From Eukaryota sp. TZLM1-RC (Eukaryota; Protista; Metamonada: BaSk clade), in the NCBI GenBank assembly GCA_040285825.1, contig JAUPSS010000014.1, positions 252,337 to 316,336 on the forward strand: DNA of 64,000 nt. Reading direction: 5' to 3'. This document shows, one piece after another, positions 56,760 through 64,000 of this stretch. Within the stretch, counting starts at the first letter, position 1; the number at the start of each line of letters is the position of its first letter. Below the pieces are notes generated by a model. That model had not been told where the DNA came from and ran no database searches. It saw only the letters and a program-made list of their open reading frames with translations. The translations under genes were made by a program, and so were the position numbers.

Positions 56760-59700
56760 TGTTGGCGCCCTAAGGCTTTTATAATATGAATAGAAAATAA
56801 ATTATCTTTATCTCAACCACTTTTGCAACCTAAGGCAACAATAATTATTGGCCGTATTAGGTTATAGGTATACCGTTTACACAACTCACAGCTATCAAAC
56901 AGAGGATATCTTCAGCGGATATCATGTCAGTCTCTCCTCGCCAGGACACTGACTCCAGCCAAATTTTTTACATTAGACAGATGCAACAGTACGATAGAGA
57001 TGCTTCGAGCATATATACAACAACAGCAGGGACTGAAGAGTCAAATAAAGAAGAGGACTCGGGCTCGAGACCACCCTCCGCCCCTCCTCATGAGAAAGAA
57101 ATGGAACCAGGCACGGAACCACCTCCCGCCTCTTCCAAATCAAAAACAATGGAACCAGGCACGGAACCACCTCCCGCCTCTTCCATGTCCAACAAACCAG
57201 ATAAGGTTTCAGGAACGGGACCACCCCCCCTCCCCACCTAAAGAAAATGTTGGGTTAAGCTCGGATACTTCGTCTGCCCTAAAGGACTACGAAGAACTCC
57301 AGTCCGTTTTAGAAGAAATGGACGACGATGAAAAAGAGCTTCGCCAACAGATAATGAAGGACGCGGAAGCTCACCTTGAACCAACAGATTACTGTCTGTT
57401 CGAGCAGCTCCCTCCCCTTTGGAAGCAAATATCAAAATCTGGTAGAAATGTGGGATTCCAGACTCTGGGCCATAAAGGGGACCCTAATAGAGTCTACGAA
57501 TTCCCTCAAAATGAGAGAAGAGAACTCATTAACGCGTTGGACACTTTGAGTAGAGAGACCTATGGACGCGGGGCAGAACGCCGTCCTAGGATAACCGGTA
57601 TGGATAGAAAGATCCATATGATTCTGGCAAAACCTATCAAAGATAGGCCTGATTGGGAAGCCATTCATTTAGATCAGTTCGGGAGAAGGATCAGGTTCTT
57701 AGCCATCGAACGAAGGAGCAGAACCGATACCGACGACATCCTGGAAACCAAATTACCGGCATGGATGGACTCGTACTTTGATACGATCATTCATAACTAC
57801 TCAGAGGTAGAGGATGGGGCTCCTACTTGTTTCAGAGAATACATGGAACAAGCAGACAGCACAAATCCAAGTAAGTTGGATCCCGTCAGTGACTTCTTTG
57901 ACGCGGACGCCCTAAATAACATACTCACAAAACGTTCAAGCGTATCCACATTTAGGAGCCGCCCAAATAACTTCATTCAGCAATTCGGGGAATCAACGAC
58001 AAGGAAGAAGAAGTTCAGGTTCTTGGTCACGGGTGATCAATCAACAGAGCTCCACCAGAGACCTAAACTTCCTATAATTGCCCCCATTATATCTGAAAAA
58101 GAGCAACCGGTACAAGTCTGTTCCATTGACGTACTCCCTGATCACATCCCGACAGTAGATGTGACAGAACGAACAAACAGACCTACCAGAGTGGTTCAGG
58201 GACCATCAAGTCCCTCCCAACCTATGCTCACTAGCGCATCAGAAGACGAAGTCGAGTTGAGAGGACCTAGTTTAGATGAAACACCTCCTCCTCAACCCCC
58301 TCGTAGAAGAGTTACTTCTGAGGAGCCTCTCCGTTTGGAAGACCTCCAAGCTTCTAGAAACATTTTGGATATGAGTATAGCAAGTAGTCTTCAGAGACAT
58401 GTGGACTCTCAGCCTAGGTCAGCTGAATATAAAGCCCCCCACCTATCTGAGAAAGACCCTCTCAACAAGATGTCTCTCGTCTCCTTCCTCCTCAAATTCC
58501 AAACATGGGACAAATACGGACGCAAGATAGCCAATCGAAGCTTTCAAGCCCCTGGTCAATCTGATTGGTCTCGTGCTATGTTGATAGCAACCCAAATATT
58601 TGGTGAAGGAAAGACCCAGATTACCCCTGAGTTGTTATCATCACTCCCATCTCACATCAGAGAAGAAATAGACAGGGACATGAAACAGCCACTCTTAAGG
58701 ATCGACCCAGAACTGACGAAACGTTTGGGACCTCCTATCCATCATTATGACTTATTCAGAAGTATGATGATAAGTACTTGCCCATCCGGCTTATCAAGCA
58801 TGGTCGACCCCCATCTCATCTCTAGATGGCAAGGCCAAGGACTTCTAAGACCGGACTTCTCAGACGCTGACTTAATGGTTTTTCTGCTACGCAGGACACA
58901 ATTTACCTCATATCACGAGGCTTGCTCTGCCCTAGCAAAACCATGTATAAATTGGAGAAACATCCACAACAAAGTAGATGCGGACAACGAATTTGGTAGG
59001 TTCGTCGAAGATTTTGGAGACGTCCTGAGGATGACCACTTATATGGTTGATCACTCCATATCTGCATCAATTAGGGGAAGCAGCGGTTTAATAACCCTCT
59101 CACCCGCCCTTATTGCAGAATATTTTCTCTTGGGTATAGATAATTTTGCCATTACCAAGGAGCTGGCAAGCCATTGGACAAGAGAAGATCTATGGGACCC
59201 TTCAACAGGTACAACTTTGTTAGACCTGATTTCGACCACCAGGCGACACTTTTTAGCTTGGTGCCAAACAACAGGAAATAGGCACACCATGGAACTTTTG
59301 AGAAAACAAGCTGAAAGAGAAGAAGACATCCCATTAGGCCTTTCGACCATGAGAACGTTCTCTAGAGGAGCAACCCCATCTGGTCCAGGTGCTAAACGTC
59401 GCTCGGGAGGCGGATCCAAAGGAACTCCCCAAAACAAATATGTCCCAGAAAGACATGAACGAGAGGGATCTAAGTTCTGTACATTCTGTAACGTCACCGA
59501 AGGAAATAATCCTATCGGTCACACGGTTTTCGAATGCAAAGACCCCCGTTGTACCAGGAGCAAGGTACCAAAAGAATTGAGGTTTAAGATCGGCGAGGCT
59601 GATCAGCCTGCAAGAAGTGGCAGTGTAGTTAGAGGCCGAGGTGGCCGTGGTAGACGTGTTTCTAGGTTTAGAGGTAGGGGCCGAGGTGGCCATTTTAGAG

Positions 59701-62700
59701 GACATAAAGGCAGAGGTCACTATAGACCTATTTATTACATAAACACACAAGAGGATACATCATCAACATCATCCCCTTCTGAGAACGTGTCAGCTAGTTC
59801 GAGCATGACCTCTCACAGACGGATTGACCGTTTCAGCAACAGGGTCAGAAACACTGGAAACTTTCCCAATCGGAAACAAATCAACGCAATCAATCATAAT
59901 CAATCAATTGCCGATTTCGGAAACCCAGTCAACAACTCCCCAACAGCTCAACAATTCTTACTAAATCCTCTACAATTCCACAAACCCAGCTCTGATATCA
60001 ACAGTATTTTTGGTATAAATTCTACGGTTAGTGAGAACCACATCAGATCCCAGCGTTCTTCATTTCTAAGATTGGAGATTTTAATAAATAATATAAAGAT
60101 GATTGCAACTATTGATTCGGCAGCGTTTTGTTCGGTTATAACAGAAGATTTGGCTAACAAATGCAACATGTCAATTAATAGAGATGATACAATTGAGTTC
60201 TTGCCAGCCAATAACGTATCAAGTAAATCGCTAGGGAGTGCAAATGGTATTCTGTCGTTCAACGTAGGAAGCATTGCGCACCAGGTACATTATAGACATA
60301 CTCTTCCCATAATCCCGGGTTCGAACAAATTATTAATAGGGATAGACATGTTAAAAACACTTGGGCTTCAGACGGATGATGGTCTTTTCATTAGATTAGA
60401 CAAAGAACACCGCACTTTGTTAAATGTAGAATCTGAATTCGACTCAAGAATCGCTCAACATTCGATTGGGACCTTAGATAACCAATCATCGAGTCCTTCC
60501 GATTTTGAGGAGCAGTTAACTAGATCTGGTTGTGAGATAAAATTAGATGATGATAATAATAAATTAAAATTAACGAGTCTACTAAGAATTTTCAGCGATG
60601 TTTTTAGTGAAACTCCAAACAGAAAAGGAATCGATTGTAAACCTCTAACAATCCCCTTTAGAGACGAGAATGCTATAGTACATAAACCTGCTAGACGATT
60701 AAATCCCAGCAAAATGGAAATAGCAAACAAAATATTTGATGAACTGATTGAAATGGGCTATGCAGTTGAATCTAATTATAAATTCAGCTCTCCTATTGTC
60801 TTAGTTATATATCCTGACGGCAAGAAACCCAGGTTAACGGGAGACTTTAGCGGTAAAGATGGAGTCAATGCCCACACGATTTCAGTAGAACCTAATCTAC
60901 CTAGGATTAGTGATATTTTAGAATTTTTAAGTAGAGCAGATTACATAGCCACGCTTGATTTACCAAAAGCTTTCTGGCAAATGAATGTAGCAGAGAAGGA
61001 CATTGAGAAAACATCAATCTCAATCCCTGGAAGGTCAATTATGTTTAAAAGAGCTTGCTTCGGATTAAAGAACATCCCAGCAGTATTTCAAAATGTAATG
61101 ATGGAAATATTCCAAATTGATGGCGTTTTCATATATATTGATGATATTATAATAGTTGGAACGACTTTCGATGAATTCTATAAGAGATTACGAAGAGTCC
61201 TCCAATGTGCCAGAAATAGACGTGTAAATATAGGTTTACGTAAATGTAAATTCGTAACATCCAAACACCCTATTGATATTTTAGGAAGCACCTTCCAGGA
61301 TAAAACCAGATTTATTAGTAAGAAAAAAATCGAAGCCTTGATGAGAATCCCTAGACCAAAATCAGTGAAAGAAGTTCGCTCATTGGTAGGATCCATCAAT
61401 TATATAAGAGATTGGCTTCCAGGTATTTCCGAATTAATAGCTCCAATTAATGAGTTAATTAAAGAAAAACCTAGAGTAATAAAATGGACCAACGAGCATG
61501 ACGATTATCTTAAACAAATAAAAGATTTAATAATTAATCACATGCCCCTTGAATTACCAGCTCCGGGCAAGCGCGTACTAATAAGTACCGACGCATCAGA
61601 TGTAGCAGTTGGAGGCGTTATTTGGCAAGAAATTGAACCATACTCCCCTGCAGGAACCCCGCTGAATAAAAGAAAAGTGAAACCTTTGTCGTTCTATAGT
61701 AGATTACTTACAGAAACACAAAGGAAATGGTCCACTTTACAGAAAGAATTATATGCAATTCTTCTGATTTTAACTGAAAGTTGTTTAGAAAGCTACCTTT
61801 TGACTAGACATCTAACAATTTTCACCGATCACAAAAATATTGCATTCCTGGCCACAGCCCCAGAGAAAAATAGAATTGTAAAGAGATGGCTGCCGATACT
61901 ATCTGAATTCGACTTTGATATAGTCCATGAACCAGGTGAAGATAACCACTGGGCAGATATGCTATCGAGGAATATTGATTTAGATCAAGATGAGGAAACT
62001 CCTTCTATATGTAGTATAAATATTCCAGATACTTTACTTTCGAATTACGAGATACCTCCTATAGACGATGATTCTGATTCGGACTTCGAAGACATCCCAT
62101 CAATTTCATCCCTAAGTAGACACCAAGACTTACCTATTTTTTCTTCTTGGTTCTCTAAAATAAGATCTGAACAACAAATAGCCAAAAATAATAATGACCC
62201 TCTATTTGAGAATGCAATTTTAGATGAAAATACTCAAATTTGGAAAAACAATAAAAATAAAATTTTAATTCCAAAAAGCCTCAGAAAACAGGCACTATTA
62301 ATAATTCATGGATTGGTTCAATCAGGCCACCCCAGCAAAAACGACAGTCTACATAAACTGTCCAAAAGCGACTTTTTCTGGCCTAATATGAGAAGGGACC
62401 TCATAAACCACATCAAAAGATGCCCAACTTGTCAAAAAACGGCACCAGTTAAAAGAACAAAAACACCCTCCACAGGTTCCCTTTGGGCAGATCGTCCTTT
62501 TGCCAGACTAAATGTTGACACAATTGGACCTCTGAATACTGAAAGTGATGGTAATAAATACTTATTAGTATTTGTAGATTCTTTTACTGGATATTTAATT
62601 TTAGTCCCTCTGAAGGAACTCAATGCCTTAGAGACCGCAGACGCTTTGATTTGGAACGTTTGCGCAATTTTTGGCATACCTATGTTAATTCATAGTGATA

Positions 62701-63829
62701 ATGGTCCTGAGTTCGCCAATGAGACTTTTAAGATAGTGTGTAATAGATTAGCTATTGAGATGAGTAACTCAATACCCCACTACTCTGAAAGTAATGGACT
62801 CGTAGAGCGAAAACATAGAGACGTTCTACAATGCTTGAGGAAATTATTAATAGATTTTAATGATTACGGAAATTGGTCTACTTATGTACCCATATCCCAA
62901 CTATTAATAAATTCCACTAAAAGCAGAAAGACAGGTTTTACACCTTACGAACTAATGTTCGGATCTTCGATTAGTCCAAGATCGGACCCTGCAAACATAT
63001 TAGGAAACTTATCAAAATTTGATTCCAATATACCTTTATTAGACGATATTAAAATGAAAAATACTCGTCTGCAAGAAAAAAGGGAAGAAGCAGAGCGTCA
63101 TCAATCATTAAATACTCCGATTTCAGTAGACAATACTAATTCGCGCTCTATAGTATTTAATATTGGTGACTATGTCCTACGTAAAACCAAACAGAATAAT
63201 AAATTACATGGATCTTGGAACGGACCCTTTTTAGTAATAGACCATCCTTCCAACTCCACTTTATTATTAAAGAATCTTATCACTGGCACCGAATTAAAAG
63301 CTGCCAAGAAAGATTGTAAAATCTATAACGCAGATAATCCTCAGGATATCGGATTTCTAAAGGCAGTCGCAGCAGGCGATGCTGAGAAACATGTTATAGA
63401 GAAAATCCTCTCAGAATATAATTCTGACTCAGGTAGTTTCTGTACTGTTCAATGGTTTGGTGGTGAGACAACAGAAGAGCCTCTCCATTCAGTTAAACAT
63501 TCAGAAGCTTACAAGTTGTTCAGCAGGAATAACAAGAAAATTGGAAAACGTACCTCTAGTCAACGTAAGAGTACCTCCAATAACTCTACGCCTTGCAAGA
63601 GGCTCAGACGCAGTACTAGAATTAGGAAGTGATGCTAATTCTCAGTTTAGATTAGGTTATTTGTAGTTATTTAGTTATTTAGTTATTTGTTTATAGTTTA
63701 GATTCATATTTATATAAGCCTATTAGCTCTGAAAAAGGGAAGAAGCAGTGTTGGCGCCCTAAGGCTTTTATAATATGAATAGAAAATAAATTATCTTTAT
63801 CTCAACCACTTTTGCAACCTAAGGCAACA
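56760..63829 (+). mobile_element. Full-length Ty3/gypsy LTR retrotransposon with chromodomain
   Basis: Identical 81-bp LTRs at 56760-56840 and 63749-63829 (TGTTG..CAACA); ACAA TSD; PPT GAAAAAGGGAAGAAGCAG; PR-RT-RH-IN domain order. Confidence 0.96.
56924..63632 (+). CDS. Gag-Pol polyprotein (+1 frame break near 57224-57241)
   Basis: Gag with CTFC-x10-H-x4-C and RGG tract; protease IDSAA; RT YIDD; RNase H STDAS; integrase H-H-C-C, VDTIGP, SDNGPEF, SNGLVER, WNGPF; chromodomain VIEKIL..VQWFG..TEEP. Confidence 0.9.
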
Positions 63830-64000
63830 ACAAGAAAGAATTTGATTTCCATCAGAACTTTGTTGAATACCGTAAACCAAACAATATCAATATCGTATTT
63901 ATTTATAAAAACACCCAAACTAAAGTCTTGGCATTGATTTTGGAGGTTCCGATGATGGCAGCATACTTTGTGATCTTTGTGGAAATCTATTAGGGTTCTG

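Noticed and set aside
56763-56771. TGGCGCCC as a tRNA-Lys primer-binding site
   Set aside because: It lies at the start of both LTRs, not downstream of the 5' LTR, and the match is short.
59051-62677. Antisense ORFs within gag-pol and other long genes
   Set aside because: Shadow ORFs with no independent motifs.
63652-63702. TTAGTTAT tandem repeats
   Set aside because: Low-complexity 3' UTR of the gypsy element; no further structure evident.

Overview
AT-rich, gene-dense eukaryotic (protist-like) DNA using the standard code, with rare tiny (29-31 nt) GT-AG introns. Host genes: a UBR1-type N-end-rule E3 ligase, an actin-related protein, a Fab1/PIKfyve-like kinase, eIF5, two RCC1-repeat paralogues, an RNI-like LRR protein, a TPX2-repeat protein, a GH25 lysozyme, MOB1, a degenerate CDC48-like AAA protein, U2 snRNA and tRNA-Thr(AGT). 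Intergenic space is filled with 5'-truncated CRE-like (RT + restriction-like endonuclease) non-LTR retrotransposons of at least four families, with 8-16 bp TSDs and no shared target sequence. LTR elements are nested inside them: a complete chromodomain Ty3/gypsy element with 81-bp LTRs, a 1.09-kb gag-only element and two solo LTRs. The most notable signal is a Fanzor1-like (eukaryotic TnpB-derived) gene fused in one ORF to a DNA polymerase delta-like 3'-5' exonuclease domain. It can be rebuilt in frame by removing two retrotransposon insertions at their TSDs, and it runs off the left edge of the window. A second, decayed Fanzor RuvC half at 47-48 kb is followed by a multi-hairpin omegaRNA-like region. 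All protein family calls come from motif recognition by eye, not database searches.
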